Shown here one piece after another: positions 32,554-41,103 of a stretch of DNA of 64,000 nucleotides. The stretch's first letter is position 1. Each line of letters opens with the position of its first letter. The DNA lies in the NCBI GenBank assembly GCA_963730185.1, contig CAVSQW010000006.1, forward strand, positions 96,001 through 160,000, read 5' to 3'. This DNA comes from an uncultured Gemmatimonadales bacterium. Its GTDB lineage: Bacteria; Gemmatimonadota; Gemmatimonadetes; Gemmatimonadales; GWC2-71-9. A program made the translations under genes and the position numbers. The notes beneath the pieces were generated by a model. That model searched no databases. It was given only the letters and a program-made list of their open reading frames with translations, and was not told the DNA's origin.

Positions 32554-33174
32554 TCACGGCTTCCAGTCGTATTCCATGTAGCGGGCAGTTTCGATGGCAT
32601 GCGGCAGGCCAATGAGTCGGCCCACGAGGTACAAGGCTGCCTCGATGCCGGCCGAAATCCCCGCCGACGTGACGATCTTGCCGTTGTCGACCACCTTCTC
32701 GCCCGCGGCCAGGGCGGCGCCTGGCGCGGCTTCGGCGAGTTCGAGAAACGCCCCGGAGTGGGTTGTGGCCCTTTGGCCGTCGAGCAGGCCCGCCTTGCCC
32801 AGTAGGAGGGCGCCCGTGCAGACGGAGAACATGATCTCCCCCACGCCCGACATCCGCTGAATCCAGTCGAGAATGATGGGGTTGTGCATCTCCCGGCGGG
32901 TCCCGAACCCCCCGGGAACGACCACGATGTCGGGCGCTGGGCAGTTCTCGATCGTGTAGCGCGGGTTGATGCTCAGCTCATTGCGGGCCAGGATCGGCCG
33001 GCCGGTCTCAGCCACGGTGTAGACGTTGAACGGATCGAGGCCATCCCGTCGGCCGGCCACCGAGAACACCTCGAACGGGCCAGCGAAGTCGAGAACTTCG
33101 ACGCCGTCGAACAGGAGGACTGCCACATTGCGAGGGCGCGGCCTCCGCTCCTCTGGACGGAGGGGCGCGGTCAT
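32554..33174 (-). CDS. DJ-1/PfpI family protein
   Basis: FDGVEVLDFAGPFEVF, VPGG, SVCTGA, TSAGISAGI. Confidence 0.92.
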   Translation of the reverse strand: MTAPLRPEERRPRPRNVAVLLFDGVEVLDFAGPFEVFSVAGRRDGLDPFNVYTVAETGRPILARNELSINPRYTIENCPAPDIVVVPGGFGTRREMHNPIILDWIQRMSGVGEIMFSVCTGALLLGKAGLLDGQRATTHSGAFLELAEAAPGAALAAGEKVVDNGKIVTSAGISAGIEAALYLVGRLIGLPHAIETARYMEYDWKP

Positions 33175-33351
33175 CTCGGGGCCCGGGTCACCAGTAGCTT
33201 ACCATCGCACGCGGTCATGACCGTGGCTCGCCACGCGCCTGCCGCCAGGTTGATCCAGGGTTCCGCCGTCATGCCCAATCATACTAGCCTGCCGTGACGA
33301 TCGGCCAGAAGCGAACTCACCGGCACCCGCCAGGCAGAGCCGCACCGCACC

Positions 33352-33384
33352 GGGATCGAGCCAGGACTCTTCTGATCCAGAGTC
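33352..33384 (-). repeat. Duplicated 3' half of tRNA-Gln (putative att site)
   Basis: gggatcgagccaggactcttctgatccagagtc matches 35486-35518 at 32 of 33 nt. Confidence 0.85.
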
Positions 33385-33585
33385 TAGCCTGTAACCCATT
33401 GGATTCCGGCAACTTGCCACCAACATACCGAGGTTCTGCCGTCCGCTGCCGAGGTTTGAACGCCAACATGGCAGCGGATAGTCGGGCACGCAACCTTCAA
33501 AGAGAGGCAGTGTCGGTCCCTCCGACGGCGCCCACCGACCGCCACCAGGGCACCACCCCGTCGACTCGCCGCTCGCCGGCGGCGC

Positions 33586-34878
33586 TCAGCGGTCGTTGCC
33601 GCGGAACCCCACTGTCAAGATCTCCTCGCTGGGCACCGCGGCTCGACCCCGCATGGCCGGTCTGAACCGCCAAGTGGCGACGACCGACTCGGCCGAGACC
33701 CGAAGCAGGGGCAGCCCGGTGAGGGCCCGCGCGCCGATCACCACTCCATCCTCGTTCAGCTCCGCCCGGAGCACCACGGTCATGCTGTCGCCCGGCTGGA
33801 GCACCCCGGTCGGTACGACGGCGGGAGCCCGCGACATCAGCACGGCCCGCGACTCCACGAATCCCATCGAGTCGTCCCCCGGCGAGCCGGCGTCGGCAAC
33901 GGCGGCCGGCGGCGTCGCGAGGCGGCGGAGCTCGGCCCCGCTCGGGCCGCCCGCCACCGTGTCTACCGCCACGATCACGACCGCGATGCCGGCCACCCGG
34001 GTCAGGCGGTGCTCCCGAATGCCGAGCGCAAACCGACCCCGATAGGACCAGAAGCCGAGGACCACGATCGGCACCACGGCGAGCACCGCACCCACCCCGC
34101 GGAAGCGAGCCGCCGCCGAGAGGGCTACCAGGCCCCCGGCCGCAGCCTCTGTCGTGCCGCCCGCCGCCCCCGCGAAGGCCCGGATCGCCTCGGAGCCCAT
34201 CAGCACCGTTCCCGACGCGACGAAAGAAAGTCCCAACGCCACCGGAACCGCCACGGTCCACGACGGCCGGCCGTCACCGGTGGCGGCCGCGAGACCCACC
34301 ACGACGATCATCCCGACCGTGGCGAGGCTCGCCACGATCCCGATCGTGCCCAACCCGGCCGAAAGCGCCGTGGCGACCGCGAAGCCGGCGAGCGGCAGCA
34401 CGCTCGCGCCCCCGATCACCGCGCGCCGAGGGTGCCGAGGGGTCTGGGTGGCGGCGTAGGCGTCGAGGGCCAGACTGAGACCGGTCGCCGCCAGCAGGGC
34501 CCAGCTCAGGAAGGCGCCCGTGAGCCGGCCCCCCTCCGCGTGATTCACCGCCGCCGGTCCGGCGCCCGTCCGGAGCAGCGCGACCATGATCCCGGCGCCC
34601 CACGGCACCACCGCCCAGGCGAGGAGCTTGAACGGCATCAGCTCGCCCCCATGGGTTCCACGCCACACCAGCACCGAGGCCTCCACCGCGGAGACCAGGC
34701 CGACCAACGCGAGCACCCAGGTGCCGCCGTCCCGCGGAAACACCGGCGTCCGGGACTCGGGGAGGTAGAGCACGATGATCGCCGCCGTGAGCACCGCGGT
34801 GATCGGCGCCAGGAACGCGACGATGCCGGCCGGCGTCTTCAGGTGATGGGGATCGGAAACGGGGACGGTCGCGGACAT
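33586..34878 (-). CDS. Polytopic membrane protein with a C-terminal TonB_C-like domain
   Basis: GGAGG RBS before ATG 34878; many TM segments; C-terminus VVLRAELNEDGVV...LLRVSAESVVATWRFRPA...ILTVGF. Confidence 0.7.
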   Translation of the reverse strand: MSATVPVSDPHHLKTPAGIVAFLAPITAVLTAAIIVLYLPESRTPVFPRDGGTWVLALVGLVSAVEASVLVWRGTHGGELMPFKLLAWAVVPWGAGIMVALLRTGAGPAAVNHAEGGRLTGAFLSWALLAATGLSLALDAYAATQTPRHPRRAVIGGASVLPLAGFAVATALSAGLGTIGIVASLATVGMIVVVGLAAATGDGRPSWTVAVPVALGLSFVASGTVLMGSEAIRAFAGAAGGTTEAAAGGLVALSAAARFRGVGAVLAVVPIVVLGFWSYRGRFALGIREHRLTRVAGIAVVIVAVDTVAGGPSGAELRRLATPPAAVADAGSPGDDSMGFVESRAVLMSRAPAVVPTGVLQPGDSMTVVLRAELNEDGVVIGARALTGLPLLRVSAESVVATWRFRPAMRGRAAVPSEEILTVGFRGNDR

Positions 34879-35129
34879 GAGCACACCTCCCGGGACTGGC
34901 CGTTCGGGCCTGCCACGAAGGGGTGCCGGTTGGGAAGCGCGCGATCGAGGGAGGAGCTGAACGGCCGTTGGTTGGGGCCTTGCTTCAAGCTACGGCTTCC
35001 CGCCGGGTCCGCCAGAGGCTGCCGATGGCGGTCGCGAGGAGTGTGGCGGGGCGTGCTCGCCGCTCTCTCCATCCTCTGGGATGGTGGCGTTCCAACTCGT
35101 AAGCGCCGCCCCTTGCCGATGGACCGATT

Positions 35130-35291
35130 TCAGACGGCGGATCCGCCCCCCGGAACCCGTTTGCGGAGGAAGTTCGTCCGCTTCGAGGCCGGCAGCGCCA
35201 ACAACCGGCGGATCTGTTCGATCAGCGCGCGGTCGGTCTCCCGGCGGAGCGCGGTCTTCCGACTACTCCTCTTCGAGGGCTTCTTTTTCAT
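35130..35291 (-). CDS. Small basic hypothetical protein (53 aa)
   Basis: Manual ORF below the track cutoff: MKKKPSKRSSRKTALRRETDRALIEQIRRLLALPASKRTNFLRKRVPGGGSAV; GAGGA RBS upstream. Confidence 0.4.
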   Translation of the reverse strand: MKKKPSKRSSRKTALRRETDRALIEQIRRLLALPASKRTNFLRKRVPGGGSAV

Positions 35292-35436
35292 CGAGCGTCT
35301 TCCTCAGCAACGGGAGCACCGCGCGGTCCTGGGGTCGGTCGGCGGCCGCTTTGCTCCTGATGACGTCGGCGAGATTCGCCACCAACAGCGAGTGGCGGCC
35401 GAACCTCACCGCACCGGCCCGCGAACAGTCCGGTGG

Positions 35437-35471
35437 GGAAACGAAGAGCGGCAGGCCGAAGCCTGCCGCTC
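35437..35471 (-). terminator. Intrinsic terminator downstream of the tRNA pair
   Basis: Minus strand GAGCGGCAGGC-TTCG-GCCTGCCGCTC (11-bp stem, cUUCGg loop) followed by TTCGTTTCC. Confidence 0.8.
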
Positions 35472-35474
35472 GAA

Positions 35475-35547
35475 TTGCCCCGCCTGGGATCGAACCAGGA
35501 CTCTTCTGATCCAGAGTCAGACGTGTTGCCAGTTACACCACGGGGCA
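35475..35547 (-). tRNA. tRNA-Gln (anticodon CTG)
   Basis: TGCCCCG acceptor stem, TCTGA-CTCTGGA-TCAGA anticodon arm, GGTTCGATCC T-arm; CCA not encoded. Confidence 0.97.
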
Positions 35548-35588
35548 TCGATTCTCCGGAACCCGCCGGACCCGGCGGGTCGCCGGAG

Positions 35589-35661
35589 TGGAGCTGAGGG
35601 GAATCGAACCCCTGACCTCTGCAGTGCGATTGCAGCGCTCTCCCAACTGAGCTACAGCCCC
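35589..35661 (-). tRNA. tRNA-Ala (anticodon CGC)
   Basis: GGGGCTG/CAGCTCC acceptor stem with G3:U70; CTGCA-ATCGCAC-TGCAG anticodon arm; GGTTCGATTCC T-arm. Confidence 0.97.
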
Positions 35662-35673
35662 AAAGGCTCGGAA

Positions 35674-35702
35674 AAAGTAGTCACCACCCCCCACCCCGTC
35701 AA
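35674..35702 (-). promoter_or_regulatory. Sigma70-type promoter of the tRNA-Ala/tRNA-Gln pair
   Basis: TTGACG-N17-TACTTT ending 12 nt upstream of tRNA-Ala. Confidence 0.7.
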
Positions 35703-36107
35703 CCGATTCCCTCCCCGGCCATCGGAGTTAAGTCGTTGCGGTAAATAAGGCTAGGGAAATGGGGGTGGATCTCGGACAAAGAAACGGGCGATGAAGAGAC
35801 CGGCGACGGGGGGAGCTTAGTCCTATGCACCCGAAGCGCGGTCCATTCACCGCCCACTGTATGTCGAAGTGCCCCTCCTCAGAAGCAAGAGGCAGGCCCA
35901 CCGTCGTCACGAACCGGTGACCGCCTGGGCCGGCACCCGCAAGGGCCTCAACTGCAACGACTTGTGGAACGGCACCTCGGCCATCGCCGGACGCCGCCCG
36001 GCCCCGGCGGGCCTCACCTTGTCCCGAGTCCCCGCGCCACATTCTGCGGCGCCGCCCCTACATTCCGACCCCCATCCCAACCTCCCGCTATGTTTGGCCC
36101 CCAAGCC

Positions 36108-37511
36108 ATGATCGACGACCTCCGGATCCATGCCGCCCAGGAGCCCGGGCCCCTCGCCCAGCGCGAGCTCGTGCTCTACTGGATGCAGGGCGTCACCATG
36201 CGGAGCCGGGCCAACTTCGCCCTGAACTTCGCCGCCGAGCGCGCCAACGAGCTCGGGCTCCCCCTCGTCGTCTACCAGGGCCTCCGCCACGACTATCCCT
36301 GGGCCAGCGACCGGCTCCACACCTTCATCCTCGAATCGGTCGCCGACCTCCAACGCGGCTTCGAGGCCCGGGGCATCCAGTACGCCTTCTACCTCGAGAC
36401 CTCGGCCAAAACCCGGCGCCGCCGCGCGGGCGGCCCCTCGCCCCTGGTGGCCCTGGCCCGACGAGCCGCCCTGGTCGTCACCGACTTCTTCCCCACCTTC
36501 ATCCAACCCCGCCAGCTCAAGGCGCTCCGCGACCAGCTCGAGACCCCGGTCGTCGCGGTCGACTCCGCGACGCTGGTGCCGATGAAGGCGCACGACCGCG
36601 AGTATCCGGTGGCCCGCTCGATCCGCCCGGTCCTCATGGCGGCCCTGCCCCATCAGCTCTATCCGGTGAACGACGTCGACCCGCTGGTCCGGCGGACCGT
36701 GGAGCTGCCGTTCGATCCCGTCGACGTGCCGACCGGACCGGGTCAGGCCGGCGCCATCGCCGCCCTCGTCGCCGACTGCGACATCGACCACTCGGTGCCG
36801 CCGTCGCCGATCATCCGGGGCGGCGAGGAAGCGGCCCGGGCTCGGCTCCACCACTTCGTGGAGCACGGCCTCCCTCGCTACGCCGCCGACCGGGGCGACC
36901 CCAACGTCGACGCCACCAGTCGGCTCAGCCCCTACCTCCACTTCGGCAACCTGTCTGTCCAGGAGGTGCTGCTGAGCGCCCGCGAGGCCGGCTCGGACGA
37001 GAACTACGCCAAGTTCCTCGACGAAGCCCTGATCTGGCGGGAGATCTCCCACAACCTGGTCTACCGGAACCCGGGACACCGGACCCTCGGCGCCATCCCC
37101 GATTGGGCCCGGAAAGAGCTCGAAGACCACACCGACGACCCTCGCCCCGCCCTCTACGCCGACGCCGAGCTGGAGGAGGCGCGAACCGAGAGCGAGCTCT
37201 GGAACGCCTGCCAGCGATCGCTCCTTCGGGACGGCGAGCTCCACAACTACGTCCGCATGCTCTGGGGAAAGTCGGTTCTCCTCTGGACCCAGGGCCCGGC
37301 CGACGCCCTCCGGATCCTGGAGCACCTGAACCACAAGTACGCCCTCGATGGGCGCGACCCCTGCTCCTACGGCGGGATCCTCTGGTGCTTCGGCCGCTTC
37401 GACCGCCCCTTCTACCGCCGGCCGATCTTCGGGACGGTCCGCTACATGAGCCTCGGGACCCAGCCCCGGAAGTTCGACGTCCCGGCCTACGTCGCCCGAT
37501 ACCAGGCCTGA
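36108..37511 (+). CDS. phr: Deoxyribodipyrimidine photolyase, class II
   Basis: VLYWMQ, SRLSPYLHFG, WRE, HNYVRMLWGK, LNHKYALDGRDPCSYGGILWCFG (class II C-terminal signature). Confidence 0.92.
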   Translation: MIDDLRIHAAQEPGPLAQRELVLYWMQGVTMRSRANFALNFAAERANELGLPLVVYQGLRHDYPWASDRLHTFILESVADLQRGFEARGIQYAFYLETSAKTRRRRAGGPSPLVALARRAALVVTDFFPTFIQPRQLKALRDQLETPVVAVDSATLVPMKAHDREYPVARSIRPVLMAALPHQLYPVNDVDPLVRRTVELPFDPVDVPTGPGQAGAIAALVADCDIDHSVPPSPIIRGGEEAARARLHHFVEHGLPRYAADRGDPNVDATSRLSPYLHFGNLSVQEVLLSAREAGSDENYAKFLDEALIWREISHNLVYRNPGHRTLGAIPDWARKELEDHTDDPRPALYADAELEEARTESELWNACQRSLLRDGELHNYVRMLWGKSVLLWTQGPADALRILEHLNHKYALDGRDPCSYGGILWCFGRFDRPFYRRPIFGTVRYMSLGTQPRKFDVPAYVARYQA

Positions 37512-37617
37512 CGGGAGCCTTCGCGGGATTTCGGCCCCGACGTGCGGGAGATCGGTTGTCGGTCGTCTCCAGTGCGTACCCACCTTGGGCTCGACGCCCA
37601 AACCGGAGACAGGCCCC

Positions 37618-38112
37618 ATGGCATCCCTCGCCGCCCCGCATGGCTCGGTCGATCCGACCAGCCAGCTCGATCCTGCCGCTTGGATCGACGCCTCAGCCGT
37701 CTGGGCCATTACCCTCTGGACCGCCGATCGGGCCCCTCTCCTGGTCGGGCTCACGGGCCAGGGCCTCGGACTGAGCCGGCTGGGTCGCCTCGCCCGGCAG
37801 CACTGGGAAGGTCTCGACGACCGGTTCCCCTGCATCGCCCACCGCGACTTCGCCATCCTCCCGGACCGGATGCGGGCCCTGGTCCACATCCCCTGGAATC
37901 ACCGGGTCCGAGCCGTCGGCCGGATCGTGCGCTGGTTCAAGGCCAGCGTCGAGCGGGCCGCCCGGACACAGGACCTCGTCGAGGCGGCCCCGGTCTGGGA
38001 CGCCAAGTTCGAGGTCCAGCTGGTGTCGAGCGCGGAAGAGCTCTGGCTCTGGCGGCGGAGAATCAAGGCGGGAGTGGTGGGCGCGCTGGCCCCGATCCAT
38101 CGGGTCGGCTGA
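37618..38112 (+). CDS. RAYT/IS200-like HUH transposase-fold protein, catalytic residues lost
   Basis: Colinear with RAYT pattern (ITLWT.DR, LSRLG..W...FP, ILPDRMR, IVRWFK, PVW); HUH appears as RMR and the catalytic Tyr is absent. Confidence 0.65.
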   Translation: MASLAAPHGSVDPTSQLDPAAWIDASAVWAITLWTADRAPLLVGLTGQGLGLSRLGRLARQHWEGLDDRFPCIAHRDFAILPDRMRALVHIPWNHRVRAVGRIVRWFKASVERAARTQDLVEAAPVWDAKFEVQLVSSAEELWLWRRRIKAGVVGALAPIHRVG

Positions 38113-38136
38113 CCTTCCCTCAGCCGTTGGCGGCGG

Positions 38137-39070
38137 TCAGTCGCTCGTCGCGACGACCCGATCCGGGAAGGGCACGTCGACCACCATCCCGTCCCGGGCG
38201 ATGGTCACCTCCGGAAACACCGACTTCGCCTCGGTCAGCAACTCGGGCGCCTCCCGGCTGTACCGGGCGCTGATGTGGGTCAGGACCAGCCGCCGGACCC
38301 CGGCGTCCCGCGCCAGCATCGCGGCCTCCAGCGCGGTCGAATGGCCGGTCTCTACCGCCCGCTCCCGCTCGTCGCTGGCAAAGGTGGCCTCGTGAATCAG
38401 GAGGTCGGCACCCACCGATGCCGTCCGGACCGCATCGGTGGGCCGGGTGTCGCCCGTGTAGACCAGCCGGCGGCCGGAGCGGGCCTCGCCGACGAGGCTC
38501 TCGGGCCCCACCGCGGCGCCGTCCGGGAGCGTCACCGTCTCGCCCCGGTGCAACCGCCCCCAGAGCGGTCCCTCCGGCACCCCCAACGCCCGGGCCCGCT
38601 CCGGGTCGAACCGGCCCAGCCGGTCGTGCTCGGACAGCGCGAACCCGATCGTGTCGGCCCGATGCGTGGTCTCGAAGACCTCGATCCGGTACTCCTTCCG
38701 CTCCAGCGCGTCGCCGGGCTCGAGCTCCACGATCTCGACCGGGAACTGGTCCGCTCGATCCCCACCGCCAGCGCCTGGCTCAGGATCCGCTGCGCCGGCC
38801 GGGTCCGTAGAGCGTCACCCCCGCCTTCCGATCCAGGAGGCCCATGGTCCGGAACAGCCCGATGACCCCCAGCAGGTGGTCCGAGTGATAGTGGGTAAAG
38901 AAGATCTCGGTGAACGAGAAGCCCACGCCGTAGCGCATCATCTGCCGTTGAGTGCCCTCGCCGCAGTCGAAGAGGATCGTCTCCCCCTCGCGCGCGACGG
39001 CCAGACCCGACACGTTGCGGTCGACGGTGGGGCAGGCGGCCCCGGTCCCGAGAAAAGTGGCGGAAAGCAT
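38137..39070 (-). CDS. rnz: Ribonuclease Z, with two apparent frameshifts (~38795 and ~38746)
   Basis: FLGTGA, FDCGEGTQRQ, THYHSDH, GP motif LGVPEGPLWG, YTGDT, HEATF, HST, LTHISARY. Confidence 0.9.
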
Positions 39071-39136
39071 GGGGGGTAACATAATCGGCGCCCGTCCCGG
39101 CCCCGGGCCCGAGCGTCCCGGTCGCCGCCCGCCGGG

Positions 39137-40195
39137 TCAGATCCAGCCCTTGCGCCGGAAGTAGAAGAGCAGCCCGCCGGCCACCGTGATCATGATCCCC
39201 CAGAGCAGGTAGTACCCGTAGCGCAGATGGAGCTCGGGGATGTGCTCGAAGTTCATCCCGTAGATCCCGGCGATGAACGTCAAGGGGATGAAGATCGCCG
39301 CGAACACCGTCAGCACCTTCATGATCTCGTTGAGCCGGGTCCCGACCGCGGTGCGGTAGGTGTTGAGCGCCTCGCTCAGCATCTCGCGATAGATGTCGAT
39401 CGCCTCGCCCGCCTGCACCGCCAGCCCGTGGAGGTCCCGAAGGAACGGCAGGGTCTGGTCGGCCACCACGTCGGAATCCAGCTTGGCCAGCTGGCCGATC
39501 GCTTCGCGGGCCGGACGGATCGACTTCCGGAGATAGTTCATCTCCCGCTTGTAGACGTTGATCCGCTCCAGCACGTCGTCTTCCTCGTCCAGCACCGCCT
39601 CGTCCACGTCCTCCACCCGCTCGCCCAGCCGCTCCACCACCGCGATGTAGTTATCCACCACCGTGTCGAGGAGGGCATAGGCCAGATAGTCGGCCCCGGC
39701 CGAGCGAATCCGGCCTTGCGCCTTCCGCATCCGCTCCCGAACCGGCTCGAAGACGTCGCCGATCCGCTCCTGGAAGGTCAGGAGCCACCCCGGCCCCAGG
39801 ATCAGACTCAGCTGCTCCGAGAGAATCGTGTCGGGATCGTCGTCGGCCGCCCGGAGCATCTTGACCACCACGAAGACGTAGTCGCCGAAGTCCACCAAGG
39901 TGGGCCGCTGGGTGGTGTTGACCACGTCCTCGAGCACCAGGGGGTGGATCCCGAAGCGGGCCCCGATGGCGCTGGTGAGGGAGGTGTCGTCGAGGCCGTA
40001 GAGGTTGAGCCAGGTAACCCGGCCTGGCTCGATGGCCAGCTGCTCGAGCCCCGCCAGCTCGATCTCCTCCATGGCGGCGACGTCGTACGAGATCAGCCGG
40101 AGCACCGGGCGGTCCATTCGGTGATCGCCGATGAAGACGAGTGATCCCGGCGAACGTCCGAGGCTGGCGGCTTTGCTCTTGAAGAACCGGGCCAT
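39137..40195 (-). CDS. corA: Magnesium/cobalt transporter CorA
   Basis: IYGMNF signature, two C-terminal TMs, HPLVLED. Confidence 0.95.
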   Translation of the reverse strand: MARFFKSKAASLGRSPGSLVFIGDHRMDRPVLRLISYDVAAMEEIELAGLEQLAIEPGRVTWLNLYGLDDTSLTSAIGARFGIHPLVLEDVVNTTQRPTLVDFGDYVFVVVKMLRAADDDPDTILSEQLSLILGPGWLLTFQERIGDVFEPVRERMRKAQGRIRSAGADYLAYALLDTVVDNYIAVVERLGERVEDVDEAVLDEEDDVLERINVYKREMNYLRKSIRPAREAIGQLAKLDSDVVADQTLPFLRDLHGLAVQAGEAIDIYREMLSEALNTYRTAVGTRLNEIMKVLTVFAAIFIPLTFIAGIYGMNFEHIPELHLRYGYYLLWGIMITVAGGLLFYFRRKGWI

Positions 40196-40200
40196 CCGGC

Positions 40201-41097
40201 TCAGAACACCTTGACCTGAATGGTCAGTTTGCCCGGGTGCTTCCGGAGCTCGTCCATCAGCTCCTGAGCCGCCTTGGTGAGCCGGCGGACGTCGCCGTAG
40301 AGCAGCGAGTCGTTCATCAGCTTGCCGATCGTTCCCTGGCCCCCGTTGATCCGCTGGAGCAGGGTGTCGAGCCGGGCCGAGGTGGTGGTGAACGACGCGG
40401 TGGTGCCGTTGAGGGTGGTCAGGAGGGTGTCGCTCTTCCGAAGCGTGGTCTGGAGATCGGCCACGGCCAGGGTCGAGTCCAGGTGAGCGCTCAAGGTCCG
40501 GAGCGAAGCCATGGTCTGGTTGAGCTCGGCCGTGGGGCCGGTCCGGGTGTTCGCCAGCAGGTCGAGGGTCCGTTGCACCGCCTTGAGGGTGGCGCGGAGC
40601 TCGGCCGCCATGTCTTTGTTGGCGAACTCCTGAATCCCGCCCATCGTGTTCTTGGCCTCGGTGCCGAGTTCGGTGCCCAGGTCGGTCAGACCCTGGTCGA
40701 TGGTACCCTGGATGACCCGTTCTGCCGGGAGCGGCTCGGACGAGGTGCCCGGGTCGTAGTTGACCACGGCGTCACCCACGAGCCCGACGCTGGCGAGCCG
40801 AGCCGAGGCGTCGATCCGGGGCGTGACCCGGGGGTCCTTCGGATCGTTCAGGCTGAGGGTCACCTGCACCTTGCCCACGCCCTCGAGCTCGATCCCCGAC
40901 ACCTTGCCCAGCTCCACCCCGGAGACCCTGACCGGCGAGCCCCGCTTCAGCGTGCCGGCGTTCGGAAAGGCGACCTTGATGTCGCTGGCGGCCCCGAAGC
41001 TGGCTCCCTTGAGCCACATGGTCCCCGCCAGGAACAGCCCGATCCCCGCGAGCACCAGGACGCCCACCGTGACTTCCTGCTTGTAGTGCAGATCCAT
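40201..41097 (-). CDS. mlaD: MlaD/MCE family protein
   Basis: N-terminal TM, LKRGSPVRVSGVELGKV MCE motif, helical C-terminal region. Confidence 0.88.
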   Translation of the reverse strand: MDLHYKQEVTVGVLVLAGIGLFLAGTMWLKGASFGAASDIKVAFPNAGTLKRGSPVRVSGVELGKVSGIELEGVGKVQVTLSLNDPKDPRVTPRIDASARLASVGLVGDAVVNYDPGTSSEPLPAERVIQGTIDQGLTDLGTELGTEAKNTMGGIQEFANKDMAAELRATLKAVQRTLDLLANTRTGPTAELNQTMASLRTLSAHLDSTLAVADLQTTLRKSDTLLTTLNGTTASFTTTSARLDTLLQRINGGQGTIGKLMNDSLLYGDVRRLTKAAQELMDELRKHPGKLTIQVKVF

Positions 41098-41103
41098 GGT
41101 GGC

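Larger units (their letters stand above)
33352..35518. mobile_element. Remnant genomic island integrated at tRNA-Gln (no integrase present)
   Basis: Bounded by the intact tRNA-Gln and a direct repeat of its anticodon-to-T-arm segment. Confidence 0.6.

Noticed and set aside
33342..33420. Possible second tRNA-Gln gene
   Set aside because: Similarity stops at the anticodon arm; no D-arm or 5' acceptor strand.
33199..35548. Two ORFs sharing the peptide DSGSEESW (33199-33489 and 35288-35548)
   Set aside because: They are translations of tRNA-Gln and its partial duplicate, not paralogous proteins.
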